Shown piece after piece: positions 55,246 to 64,000 of a stretch of DNA of 64,000 nucleotides. The notes beneath the pieces were generated by a model. The model did no database searches. It had not been told where the DNA came from and worked only from the letters and a program-made list of their open reading frames with translations. The translations under genes were made by a program, and so were the position numbers. Location: positions 51,230 to 115,229 of the forward strand of contig JAXINS010000021.1 of NCBI GenBank assembly GCA_034190395.1. The letters run 5' to 3'. The number at the start of each line of letters is the position of its first letter. Within the stretch, counting starts at the first letter, position 1. The DNA comes from Candidatus Chewarchaeum aethiopicum (GTDB lineage Archaea; Halobacteriota; Halobacteria; Halobacteriales; Hikarchaeaceae).

Positions 55246-57222
55246 ATGGCCGCGATCGCACTCCGGGACGTTCTTGCTGTTTTCGAGAATCAACACACGT
55301 CGGGGACGCCCCTGACTGCGCCCGAAGTCGCCGATGCACTCGATTGTACCCGCCGGACCGCTCACAAGAAACTCACGAAGCTGGCTGAACAGGACGTCCT
55401 ACGGACGAAGAAAGTCGGTGCGCGTGGACGGATCTGGTGGCGCCCAGTCGAACCCCCGTCGTCAACGACTGCTCTCGATACCGATTCGGCTCCGGCTGAC
55501 CGACGCGAACGGCCGGCCCATCGCCAAGCGCTCCGCGAGCTGCACGATGCCAGCCGTGAGTTGATGCGAGCGGAGACTCACGAATCGGTGGCCAACATCG
55601 CTGTCGAGGCCGCCCAACGCATCCTCGGGTTGCCGTTGAACGGTCTCTGGCGCTATGACCCTGATCGTGACGTCCTTGAGCCGATCGCCTGGACCGACCC
55701 CGGGGCCGAAGAATTCGGGCCGCCGCCCGCCTTTCCGATCGACGACAGCCTCGTCGGCCAGGCTTTCCAGGAGGGTGCCTTTCGTGTCTACGACGATGTC
55801 CGTACCGAAGAAGGTCTGTATGATCCCGACACCCGAGTGCGGAGTGAACTCATCCTGCCCCTCGGTGAGCACGGCGTATTGAACGCCTCCTCGCTTGCGG
55901 TTGGCTCGTTCGATGCGATTGACGTCTCGCTCGGACGGATTCTCGCGGCCAACGTCGAAACAGCATTAGAACGGGCCGATCAGCTCGAAGCCCGACGGGC
56001 ACGTCGTCGGGAACTTCGACGGCAGCGCGACGAACTCGACCGATTGAACCAAATCAACGCCCTCATCGAACAGACCATCGGGGCGCTCATCGAGGCCGCC
56101 ACTCGTGACGAGATCGAGGAGACTGTTCAGGGACAACTGGCTGCGTCGACTGTCTACGCCGACGCCTGGATCATCGAGCGGGATACTGCCAACGATACGG
56201 TCGTTTCCAGAGCGGGCTCGGACCTCGATTGGGCCGTCACCGATCCCGCCGAATCGGAAACGCACACCGGTGCGATCGTCGATGCTATCGAGACGCGTGA
56301 GGTCCGTGCCGTTTCGATTCCCGTCGATCCGGATCGCTCCACAGCGCCCCAACTGCCGTCGTCGACGGCCTCCTTGCCCTGTCTTGTGGTCCCGCTTGCC
56401 TACGCCGATACCGTCTTTGGCGCGTTGCTGGTTGCCGCTCCCGAGGCAGGACAGTTTAGCGACCGCGAACGGACCGCCTTCGAGACGCTTGGTCGGGTGG
56501 TCGGCTTCGTGATCAACGCGACGAACAATCGACAACTGTTGGTCGGAAACACGGCTGTTGAGTTGGAGGTGGCGCTCCGAAACACGGATGTCTGGTTTCT
56601 CGCTGCTGCCGATCACCATGACACGACCGTCAGGATCGAGGGTGTGATCCCGACCACCGCCGACACAGTGGTGGCCTACGTCCGCGTCGACGGTACTGAA
56701 GAAGCGACACCGTCGTTTGAGACTGTGGCCGACTCGATCGACACCCGCGTGCTTGCGACCAGTGAGGATAGTCAGTTCCTCGAGTGTACGATCCACACCG
56801 AGGCGGGTTTACGCCGGATCGTCGAGTACGGGGCCACGATACAAACAGCGAAAGCAACCGACGGCCATGCGACGATTACCGCCCGATTTCCGGCGACGAC
56901 GAGCCCGCGCGAGGCAATGGCACTCATCGAGGAGGCGTTCCCCGATCCGGAACTCAACGCCAAACGGGTGGTCGATCTCTCCGATCGTTCGCTTTTGACG
57001 ATCCGCCAACGACTCACCGACCGCTTGACCGAAAAACAACTGGCGGCTCTCCGGGCGGCCTTTCTCGCCGGCTATTACGCCAGGCCTCGGCGAACGAGTG
57101 CCCAGGATCTCGCTGCGTCCTTGGATATCGCGCCCGCGACCCTCCACCAGCACCTCCAGGCCGCACACCGGAAAGTGCTCGATGCGGTGCTTGCGGACGT
57201 CTCGATCGACGACGCCATTTGA
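55246..57222 (+). CDS. Bat-type regulator: N-terminal wHTH + GAF domains + C-terminal HTH_10
   Basis: N-terminus ..LTAPEVADALDCTRRTAHKKLTKLAEQDVL... Central GAF-like regions. C-terminus LTEKQLAALRAAFLAGYYARPRRTSAQDLAASLDIAPATLHQHLQAAHRKVL. Confidence 0.8.
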   Translation: MAAIALRDVLAVFENQHTSGTPLTAPEVADALDCTRRTAHKKLTKLAEQDVLRTKKVGARGRIWWRPVEPPSSTTALDTDSAPADRRERPAHRQALRELHDASRELMRAETHESVANIAVEAAQRILGLPLNGLWRYDPDRDVLEPIAWTDPGAEEFGPPPAFPIDDSLVGQAFQEGAFRVYDDVRTEEGLYDPDTRVRSELILPLGEHGVLNASSLAVGSFDAIDVSLGRILAANVETALERADQLEARRARRRELRRQRDELDRLNQINALIEQTIGALIEAATRDEIEETVQGQLAASTVYADAWIIERDTANDTVVSRAGSDLDWAVTDPAESETHTGAIVDAIETREVRAVSIPVDPDRSTAPQLPSSTASLPCLVVPLAYADTVFGALLVAAPEAGQFSDRERTAFETLGRVVGFVINATNNRQLLVGNTAVELEVALRNTDVWFLAAADHHDTTVRIEGVIPTTADTVVAYVRVDGTEEATPSFETVADSIDTRVLATSEDSQFLECTIHTEAGLRRIVEYGATIQTAKATDGHATITARFPATTSPREAMALIEEAFPDPELNAKRVVDLSDRSLLTIRQRLTDRLTEKQLAALRAAFLAGYYARPRRTSAQDLAASLDIAPATLHQHLQAAHRKVLDAVLADVSIDDAI

Positions 57223-57279
57223 TGCCAAAACATCATGGCATGGCGCTATTATGTATAGCCGTTATATCCATATCTACCG

Positions 57280-57630
57280 ATGTCGACGATCGAGCAGTTG
57301 GGTCCACAGCAGGTTGTCGAGCCGAGTTCCGAGCCCGAATTCATCCATTTAGAGGATGCGGGGCCGGTGTTGGAAGCACTCGCTTCGGAGACCGCACGGG
57401 CGATCGTGGCCGAACTCCAAGACGAACCGGCGACAGCGACCGAGATCGCTGAGCGAATCGATACCTCCCTCCAAAACGTTAGTTACCATCTTTCCGATCT
57501 CAAGGAGACGACGCTCGTTACCGACGTCGGCACGCGATATTCCGAGAAAGGCCGGGAAATGACGGTCTACGCGTCCGAGGCTACCGCGCTTGTGATCGGT
57601 GCTAGTCGTGATTACGGCCTCCCAAAGTAG
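57280..57630 (+). CDS. ArsR-like winged-helix transcription regulator
   Basis: ..LEALASETARAIVAELQDEPATATEIAERIDTSLQNVSYHLSDLKETTLV... Confidence 0.7.
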   Translation: MSTIEQLGPQQVVEPSSEPEFIHLEDAGPVLEALASETARAIVAELQDEPATATEIAERIDTSLQNVSYHLSDLKETTLVTDVGTRYSEKGREMTVYASEATALVIGASRDYGLPK

Positions 57631-57846
57631 TAACCGCTGGATGGTCATGCGGTTCCCGCTGGCATTGCTTCGATCGGTTCTCGGTGGTTTGATCGGGCCG
57701 ATTCACCGTGCCAGCGGCTTTCATCGACACTCCCCTTGTGCCTGTTCGGGAATCGGCCGATCTCTCGCAGTTCGGTTGTGACTCGCTGTGATCGATCTGC
57801 TTGGTCACAACTGCTAAGAGACGACCGGAGCTACCACCGAAGCGTT

Positions 57847-58272
57847 ATGTCTGATCTGGCGTTCACGATCGGCGATCACGAGCTTTCGGCCACCGTGTTG
57901 GATACGGCGGCCCCGGCAACCGCTGATCAGCTTCGAACACTGACACCCCTTGAGACGACCGTCAAACACGTGCGCTGGAGTGGCTATTCGATCTTCATCG
58001 AAGACTTCGGACAGTCCGATCCTGATTTCACACACCTACCCCGGGAGAACCATACGGTCTATCCCTCCCGTGGCGATGTTCTGTTTTATCCCGGTTTCGA
58101 GAACGTCCCCGAAATCCTGATTGCCTGCGGGCCGACGGCGTTTAAGAGCCCCGCCGGGGAATTGGCCGGCAATCACGTCGCCACACTCGACGCCGATCGG
58201 GATACTCTCGCGGCCATCGAGACCGACGTGCTCGAAAACGGAACCAAGCCGGTCTCGATCCGGTCGGATTGA
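57847..58272 (+). CDS. DUF3830-like (cyclophilin-like fold) protein
   Basis: MSDLAFTIGDHELSATVLDTAAPATADQL..VKHVRWSGYSIFI..GDVLFYPG.. (38th codon of the track ORF). The family is recalled, not verified. Confidence 0.5.
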   Translation: MSDLAFTIGDHELSATVLDTAAPATADQLRTLTPLETTVKHVRWSGYSIFIEDFGQSDPDFTHLPRENHTVYPSRGDVLFYPGFENVPEILIACGPTAFKSPAGELAGNHVATLDADRDTLAAIETDVLENGTKPVSIRSD

Positions 58273-58287
58273 GATCGACCGGTCGGC

Positions 58288-59436
58288 TCAATGGAGTTCC
58301 TGGAGATCGAAGTCAGGCGATCGTGATTCGAACCGATCGAGTTCGAACGGGCGCCGATCGAACGGGGCCGATTCGCCGGTCACTACCGCCCGCGTCGCCG
58401 CCGCCGCGATCGGGGAGGTCATAATCCCGAGGCCAGAGAACCCGGTCGCAACGACCAGCCCCGCTGGACCGTCCGATGGCCGATCGATAATCGGTCGGTT
58501 ATCCGGTGTCCCGCCGTCGACACCGGCCCAATCTTCGATGACTGACGCCTCCTGGAAGGCTGGAAGGATTTCGGGTAACGTGTCGGCGATCCGGTCCCGG
58601 AACGCCTCGTCGGCCGGAATCCCGGTCGCCGCTGTTTCGGGAGTGGGTTCGGGGTCATGACCACCACCAACGAGCAGGGCACCGGTCTCTTCGGGCCGGA
58701 AGTAGATGCCGGCCGCATCGACCCGGGCCAAGGGAAACGAATCGTCGAGCGGTGCCGGTGGTTCGAGGACGAGACACTGGGTCCGATAGGGTTGGACCGG
58801 CAACGTTACGTGCTCACCGAACAGGTCAGGGGTCCGCCAACCAGCGGCGGCGACCACCGTCGAGGCATCGTAGCTGTCGGTGGCCGTGTCGACGCCGGTA
58901 ACCCGGCCGTCCTCGACACGGAGATCCGTGACGGTCTCGCCGGTCCGAAAGCGGACCCCTCGTCGGCTGGCCGCCGTCTCGAGGGCGACCGTCAGCGAGT
59001 GGGGATCCACCCAGCCGGTATCCCGATACTCGACTGCGCCGACGAAATCCGTCATCTCGAAGGCGGGATAGCGATCCTCGACCGTCGACGGTTCCCGAAA
59101 CGCCACTGGAAACCCGATCCCGGCAAGTCGCTCGGCGCGATCGCGGGCGTCGGATTCCCGATCCGGTGCGACGAGTTCGAGTCGTGGTCGCCGGGCAAGC
59201 CGAAACGACTCGGTTCCGTCGAACTGTTCGAAAAACGCGGTGGCATGGGCGGCCATCGCCGGGTGATCTGCGTAAAACAGTGTCGGCGAGACAAGACCGG
59301 CCGCAAGTCCCGACGCCTCGCCGGCGATCTGTTCGCGTTCGATGACCACGACGTCGTGATCCGGAGCAAGGCGGTGGGCGACGGCACAGCCGATAACGCC
59401 GCCACCGACGATGACGATACGGGATGAATCGCTCAT
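58288..59436 (-). CDS. FAD-dependent oxidoreductase (DAO/glycine-sarcosine oxidase beta-like)
   Basis: These are the C-terminal 382 codons of track ORF 58288..60852. MSDSSRIVIVGGGVIGCAVAHRLA carries GxGxxG. The upstream 472 codons of that ORF are antisense to hisD. Confidence 0.85.
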   Translation of the reverse strand: MSDSSRIVIVGGGVIGCAVAHRLAPDHDVVVIEREQIAGEASGLAAGLVSPTLFYADHPAMAAHATAFFEQFDGTESFRLARRPRLELVAPDRESDARDRAERLAGIGFPVAFREPSTVEDRYPAFEMTDFVGAVEYRDTGWVDPHSLTVALETAASRRGVRFRTGETVTDLRVEDGRVTGVDTATDSYDASTVVAAAGWRTPDLFGEHVTLPVQPYRTQCLVLEPPAPLDDSFPLARVDAAGIYFRPEETGALLVGGGHDPEPTPETAATGIPADEAFRDRIADTLPEILPAFQEASVIEDWAGVDGGTPDNRPIIDRPSDGPAGLVVATGFSGLGIMTSPIAAAATRAVVTGESAPFDRRPFELDRFESRSPDFDLQELH

Positions 59437-59607
59437 GGGTGCCCCACCGATCCGACGATCGACATGCCCGACTCCTTGCGACGAAGCTATATAAAGCGTC
59501 ACTCTCCGCGGTGGTGGCCCTGCTCGGCACCCGGTAATGCTTAGACTGCCCGGCGTGTTGCCGATCCAGTCGGGATAACAACGGTTTTTCGCTCGCCAGC
59601 CCGACGG

Positions 59608-60891
59608 ATGGGCATGCAACGACAATCGCTGTCGACGCTCGATCCCGATCGGAAGGCGGCGCTCATCGAGCGTGACGCCGGGATCGACGCGGTGCGAGAC
59701 GATGTCCGTGAAATCATCGATCGCGTCCGGACGGACGGTGATGCGGCTCTGCGCTCGTTTTCTGCCGAATTCGACGATGTCACGATCGAGGACTTCGATA
59801 TCACTGCCCACGCCGCCGCCGCTGTCGACCGGCTCGATGCGACGATGCTCGAGGCGATTCACACCGCCGCCGAGAACATCCGTGCCTTTCACGAGCGACA
59901 GCGACCGACGGACTGGCGAGAGACGTTCGATGAGCGTGAACTCGGTCGACGGTTTCGGCCGATCGAACGGGTCGGGGTCTACGCGCCTGGCGGAACGGCT
60001 GCCTATCCATCGAGCGCTCTCATGGGGATCATTCCGGCGACGGTCGCTGGCGTCGAGGAGATCGTCGCTGTGACGCCGCCGGCCGAAGAGATCAACCCGG
60101 TCACCTTGGCGGCAATCGACATCGCGGGGGCCGATACTGTCTATCAGATCGGCGGGGCTCAGGCGATCGCTGCCCTCGCCTACGGCACGGAATCGATCCG
60201 CTCGGTCGAGAAGATCGTCGGGCCCGGCAACGCCTGGGTCACGGCCGCCAAGACCGAAGTGCAGGGCGATGTCGCGATCGACTTCGCGGCCGGCCCCAGC
60301 GAGATCCTCGTCATCGCCGACGAGACCGCCGATCCGGCCTACGTCGCCGCCGATCTCGTCGCCCAGGCCGAACACGATCCCCACGCCTCGGTGGTCGCCG
60401 TGACCGACGATGCCGATACGGCCTCGGCGATCGAGGCGGCGGTCGCCGATCAGATCGAAGACCACGACCGAACGTCGATCATCGAGGAGGCACTCTCGAA
60501 TGACGCCAGCGGGCTGTTCGTCGCCGACTCGATGGAGGCCGCGATCACCTTCGCCGATGCTTACGCCGCCGAACACCTCTCGATCCAGGCCGCCGAGGCC
60601 GATCGGATCGCAGCGTCGATCGCAAACGCCGGCAGCGTCTTTCTCGGCCCCTACACACCCGTGGCGGCCGGCGACTACGCCAGCGGAACGAACCACATCC
60701 TCCCGACAAACGGCCGAGCGCGGGTCGTCGGTGGGTTGTCGGTCGATACGTTCATGCGATCGACTACGATTCAGCGACTCGATCGAGCGGCCCTCGAATC
60801 GATCGGTGAGGCGATCACGACGCTTGCCCGGGCTGAAGGGCTCGACGCCCACGCCGCCAGCGTTGAGCGTCGCCTTGCCGAGGATGACTGA
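59608..60891 (+). CDS. hisD: histidinol dehydrogenase
   Basis: ..IVGPGNAWVTAAK.., ..AGPSEILVIAD.., ..AQAEHDP.., ..GDYASGTNHILPT... Confidence 0.95.
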   Translation: MGMQRQSLSTLDPDRKAALIERDAGIDAVRDDVREIIDRVRTDGDAALRSFSAEFDDVTIEDFDITAHAAAAVDRLDATMLEAIHTAAENIRAFHERQRPTDWRETFDERELGRRFRPIERVGVYAPGGTAAYPSSALMGIIPATVAGVEEIVAVTPPAEEINPVTLAAIDIAGADTVYQIGGAQAIAALAYGTESIRSVEKIVGPGNAWVTAAKTEVQGDVAIDFAAGPSEILVIADETADPAYVAADLVAQAEHDPHASVVAVTDDADTASAIEAAVADQIEDHDRTSIIEEALSNDASGLFVADSMEAAITFADAYAAEHLSIQAAEADRIAASIANAGSVFLGPYTPVAAGDYASGTNHILPTNGRARVVGGLSVDTFMRSTTIQRLDRAALESIGEAITTLARAEGLDAHAASVERRLAEDD

Positions 60892-60944
60892 GCTGCTCGA
60901 CTTACGGCGTCAGCATTAACACCGTTGATCGCTAAGGGGCCACT

Positions 60945-61307
60945 ATGAGTTCCGCCACCGAGGAGCAATCCCGGCCGGAGATCGAGGTCACGCCTACCGC
61001 CGCCGAACAGGCCATCGACCTCATGGAAGGTGAAGGGCTCGATACCGATGAATCGGGACTGCGACTGTTCGTCCAACAGGGTGGCTGTGCCGGCCTCTCC
61101 TATGGCATGCGGTTTGATACCAGTCCGGACGACGACGACGAGATCTACGAACACCACGGGTTACGGATCTTCGTCGACCCTGCGAGCATGCGCTATATCG
61201 AGGGCTCGGTACTCGACTTCGAAGGCGGACTCCAGGGTGCGGGGTTCACCGTCGACAACCCGAACGTCGTCTCCGAGTGTGGCTGTGGGGAATCGTTCCG
61301 GACCTGA
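60945..61307 (+). CDS. HesB/IscA-family iron-sulfur cluster insertion protein
   Basis: ..GGCAGLSYGM.. and the C-terminal ..CGCGESF motif. Confidence 0.9.
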   Translation: MSSATEEQSRPEIEVTPTAAEQAIDLMEGEGLDTDESGLRLFVQQGGCAGLSYGMRFDTSPDDDDEIYEHHGLRIFVDPASMRYIEGSVLDFEGGLQGAGFTVDNPNVVSECGCGESFRT

Positions 61308-61545
61308 TCGGCGACTGGCCCCTTAGTGGCGGAGGTTTCTTTTATTGTTCTGCGTGACGACCGTGACCGATGCCTCGGTAAGGCGTCTATTTCATGGATT
61401 TATATTGCTCAACATTCCGTTCGAAACCAGGAGCGTATCGGGTCTTCATCGGAAAATCCGGGGGATTGACGTTGGTACGGAAATATCAGTATTGAAAGAA
61501 TAGCCAAAATACTTATATGGCGAGAGGGGCGCTTGATAAGACCAG

Positions 61546-61956
61546 ATGGCGCTGACGTCCCGTTTGGTCACACAACTCGAAGAACGGGTGGGGGACGCAC
61601 TTCGGGTCGTCGCTACCTATGACACGGATGGATACACCCTCGCCTCGGTCCGGTCCGATCTCGATCCGGATCGTGTCCACGGTCGTATCGGCCTCCTCTA
61701 TACCAATCTCGTTGCACCCGATCACGGCAGCGAACCGGCACTCGACCGTGACCTTGGTCCCCAGCAGGCGACGGTGTACGTCCGTACACGGGCGGTGTTT
61801 CTCCGGTTGCCCATCAGCGACACGAGCGGGATGTTGGTCGGCGTCGATCCGGAGTTCTCCGAGGATTTCGTCGACCTCATTGACCTCGTCCGATCCCAGC
61901 TCGACCATCGGGACAGCCCCCCCGACGAACAGGTTTCGACCACGGGCTCGTCGTGA
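61546..61956 (+). CDS. hypothetical protein
   Basis: 136-aa acidic ORF preceded by a low-GC promoter-like region. I recognise no family. Confidence 0.45.
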   Translation: MALTSRLVTQLEERVGDALRVVATYDTDGYTLASVRSDLDPDRVHGRIGLLYTNLVAPDHGSEPALDRDLGPQQATVYVRTRAVFLRLPISDTSGMLVGVDPEFSEDFVDLIDLVRSQLDHRDSPPDEQVSTTGSS

Positions 61957-62059
61957 TCGCGAGAGTGATTGTCACTCGCGTCAGCGTCTGACTCGATCGT
62001 GGCTGGCCACCACCATTTGACTAACTCCCCCTGTTTTTCGTCGTCCTCTGTGATATCGA

Positions 62060-62722
62060 CTACCCCGACAGCCGGTCGTTGAATCGGCGGCCGAGACTGC
62101 CGACGACATCGGTGAGGTAGGCTGTTCCCCAGACGGCGACCAGAATACCACCGACCACGTCGAAGATCAGATCGAGCATCGTGTCATCGAGCCCGTACTG
62201 CGTGAGTACCGCCTCGCCGCCGAGTACAGCAGCGATCCCGCCGATGGCGAACTCGATGACCTCCCAGACCACCCCGAACGCAACCACGAATAGGATGATG
62301 AACACGAACATCAATTTTGGCGGAATCGAGATCAGATCGGAGTGTTCATCGAGTGCCCGAATCGTCGAATATCCGACGGCGGCCACGACCGACGAGGACA
62401 GGGCATGCGTGAGGTGGTCCCACCACCACAGCGATCGATAGAAACTCTCCTCGGCACCGGGAAGCCCGACCGTCCCCCAGGCGTGAAGAAAGACTGCCGA
62501 CACGATCCAGAGGGTCAGTCCCGGATCCATCGGGATGTCGTAGTCCCGTTCGAGGATCGCGGGCAGCTGCGTGGCCGCGAGGGCGACCCCGGTGTTGACC
62601 ATGATCCCGGTACTGCCCCGTTCAAGGCCGATGAAAAACAGCCCGATCAAACTGACTTCCATCACCCGGACGAGCCGTTTCTGTCCGGTTTTCGAGATCG
62701 GGAGGTATTCCCGGAGCTTCAC
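62060..62722 (-). CDS. membrane protein, unknown function
   Basis: 220 aa with ~6 hydrophobic helices and a His-rich loop (..WWWDHLTHAL..). It overlaps the upstream gene by 4 nt. Confidence 0.55.
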   Translation of the reverse strand: MKLREYLPISKTGQKRLVRVMEVSLIGLFFIGLERGSTGIMVNTGVALAATQLPAILERDYDIPMDPGLTLWIVSAVFLHAWGTVGLPGAEESFYRSLWWWDHLTHALSSSVVAAVGYSTIRALDEHSDLISIPPKLMFVFIILFVVAFGVVWEVIEFAIGGIAAVLGGEAVLTQYGLDDTMLDLIFDVVGGILVAVWGTAYLTDVVGSLGRRFNDRLSG

Positions 62723-63357
62723 GGCTCGCTCACCTCGATATCCTCCGGTAGTCGACGTTTGATCCGGGACCGTCGTCGGAAGTACCCCTCAAAGATCACG
62801 CCGCCGACGATGCCGGCGACCGTCGAGTAGACGAACTCCCACATCAGTCGCTTTTCGATTGTCGCCTCCTCAACGCCGGGTATCAGCAGAAACTGTGTGC
62901 CAAACAGGATATCGAGGCCCCAGCGGACGACCGCCCACGTCCCGGCGGCCGCCATGGTCGTGATCACGACGAAAAATACCGCGAACGACGGCGTCATCAA
63001 CACCCGGGTAAAGACGTGTAACTCGACGGCGATAATGAGTGCGATGGCGGCGACCGAGAGATAAGTCGCAAACCGGCTCGTGAGCGCGACCGTCGCGAAC
63101 GATCGCCCGAGCAACGGGAGGGTCGCCAACAACAGTACCTCCCACGGGAGCATGACTGCCGGCCGGCGATGGGTCACCGTCGGTATGAGAGCCAAGAGCA
63201 AGACCGTCCCGGCGAACCCAGCCCAGAGCAGATCCCCTGACACGACGTTCTCGATAACGACCACACCGAGAAACACGACGAGCAACCAGGCCAGCGTTGC
63301 GTTGGTCCGCTCGTCTTCGAGGACTGTCGCCAACCGTTCCGTCTGTGATCCCGCCAT
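62719..63357 (-). CDS. membrane protein, unknown function
   Basis: 212 aa with ~6 hydrophobic helices. Confidence 0.55.
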   Translation of the reverse strand: MAGSQTERLATVLEDERTNATLAWLLVVFLGVVVIENVVSGDLLWAGFAGTVLLLALIPTVTHRRPAVMLPWEVLLLATLPLLGRSFATVALTSRFATYLSVAAIALIIAVELHVFTRVLMTPSFAVFFVVITTMAAAGTWAVVRWGLDILFGTQFLLIPGVEEATIEKRLMWEFVYSTVAGIVGGVIFEGYFRRRSRIKRRLPEDIEVSEP

Positions 63358-63430
63358 CCGTTGGTATTGCTATCGCCCTCGGGATACAAAACCTGCCTGG
63401 GACGGCCCGGAATGGCCGCGTATCGACCGG

Positions 63431-64000
63431 TTACTGTGTTGTGCCTCGTTTCGTCCATCGTTTTTCGATGTCAGCGTTGCCACGGACAACGGTGTCATCC
63501 CCGGTCTCAAACCTGGTCTTGCGCAGTTCGATCGTCTTGACAACGCCGGTCATGTCGCCGACGACGACCTCGTCACCGGGATTGAAATCGGGATCCCGGA
63601 GCAGGTAGACGCCGGCGACTGCGTCCGCGATCATCCCCGAGAGGGCGTATGACACCCCCAGTGCTAGAAAACCACTGGCGGTACCCAGGGCGGTCGCAAT
63701 CCCCTCGAGGCCGACGATCGAGAGAAACGACAACAGCACACCAAACCAGAGAAAGACCGCGATGATGGTCCGGATAAACTGGCGATAGACCGGTGACGTC
63801 CCCGGTAACGATCGTATCAGTACCTTCCCGATGACCCACAGCAGGAGCTTCACCAGCGCCGCCGCGATCGCAAGAAACAGGATGCCGGTGATGACTTTTG
63901 GGACGGCAGCGATGGTGGTGGTGATCGTTGCTTCGATCGCGTCACCGATACCCGTCGGGCCCGTCGTCTGTAGGACATTGATCGGTTCGGTCCCATACAT
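63431..64000 (-). CDS. mechanosensitive channel (MscS family), N-terminus at or beyond window edge
   Basis: TM helices are followed by ..YLLRDPDFNPGDEVVVGDMTGVVKTIELRKTRFETGDDTVVRGNADI.., which looks like the MscS beta-domain. The ATG falls exactly at the window end, so the true start may lie outside. Confidence 0.7.
   Translation of the reverse strand: MYGTEPINVLQTTGPTGIGDAIEATITTTIAAVPKVITGILFLAIAAALVKLLLWVIGKVLIRSLPGTSPVYRQFIRTIIAVFLWFGVLLSFLSIVGLEGIATALGTASGFLALGVSYALSGMIADAVAGVYLLRDPDFNPGDEVVVGDMTGVVKTIELRKTRFETGDDTVVRGNADIEKRWTKRGTTQ

Noticed and set aside
58288-60852. An 854-aa minus-strand ORF, the longest 'novel' ORF in the track.
   Set aside because: Only its last 382 codons, from MSDSSRIVIVGGGVIGC at 59436, form a coherent FAD oxidoreductase. 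The upstream 472 codons are Arg/Gly/Asp-rich shadow sequence exactly antisense to the well-supported hisD gene.
60932-61326. An 11-bp inverted repeat (CTAAGGGGCCA / TGGCCCCTTAG) flanking the iscA-like gene.
   Set aside because: My rough expectation for a 10-11-mer inverted match within ~400 nt somewhere in 64 kb is several occurrences by chance. There is no compositional or gene-content sign of mobility.
1-64000. CRISPR arrays, rRNA operons, intact IS elements and integrases.
   Set aside because: I saw no regularly spaced direct repeats, no rRNA-like conserved stretches, and no transposase or integrase ORFs in any frame.

Overview
The window looks like chromosomal DNA from a GC-rich haloarchaeon (class Halobacteria). 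The evidence is very acidic predicted proteins, several HTH_10/Bat-type regulators, a CheF-family gene, Tat/lipobox signals, and TATA-like boxes about 25-30 nt upstream of start codons, which fits leaderless mRNAs. I call about 65 protein genes and find no rRNA, tRNA or CRISPR array. Most long antisense ORFs in the track are GC-driven shadow ORFs.

Gene content from left to right:
- A tightly coupled VWA/VWA/coiled-coil/membrane/MoxR/DUF58 operon followed by a secreted beta-sandwich protein.
- sucCD, an SDR, and a WtpABC/ModABC-like oxyanion ABC transporter.
- A 4-TM histidine kinase translationally coupled to a CheF-family protein.
- A split propionyl-CoA carboxylase locus (pccB plus a small subunit, then a P450 and a Bat-type regulator, then pccA and birA).
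- usp, an amidohydrolase and an HD hydrolase.
- cofD followed by Dus-like, CitG-like and DUF447 genes.
- rps17e, asd and a Bat-type regulator.
- An unexplained ~870-bp low-GC non-coding stretch rich in hairpins.
- An M28 peptidase, a CFI-box protein and an Nramp-like transporter.
- A fused FAD/Fe-S D-lactate-dehydrogenase-like gene, a VOC protein, a CitE-like lyase and two tandem D-2-hydroxyacid dehydrogenases.
- An orphan cheC.
- A ~1.7-kb low-GC islet holding a Doc toxin with a downstream small ORF and a decayed vapBC pair.
- trkHA.
- An ArsR/ArsN2/methyltransferase/nitroreductase cluster and a GAF-Bat regulator.
- DUF3830 plus an FAD oxidoreductase, then hisD, iscA-like, and membrane proteins ending with MscS.

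The candidates I rank highest for something undescribed are:
- the kinase-CheF coupling;
- the 32975-33844 non-coding region;
- the reverse-order Doc module inside the low-GC islet;
- the archaeal MoxR/VWA operon with its two non-family inserts;
- the cofD-linked CitG/DUF447/Dus-like trio.

All family assignments come from motif recognition by eye. No searches were run.
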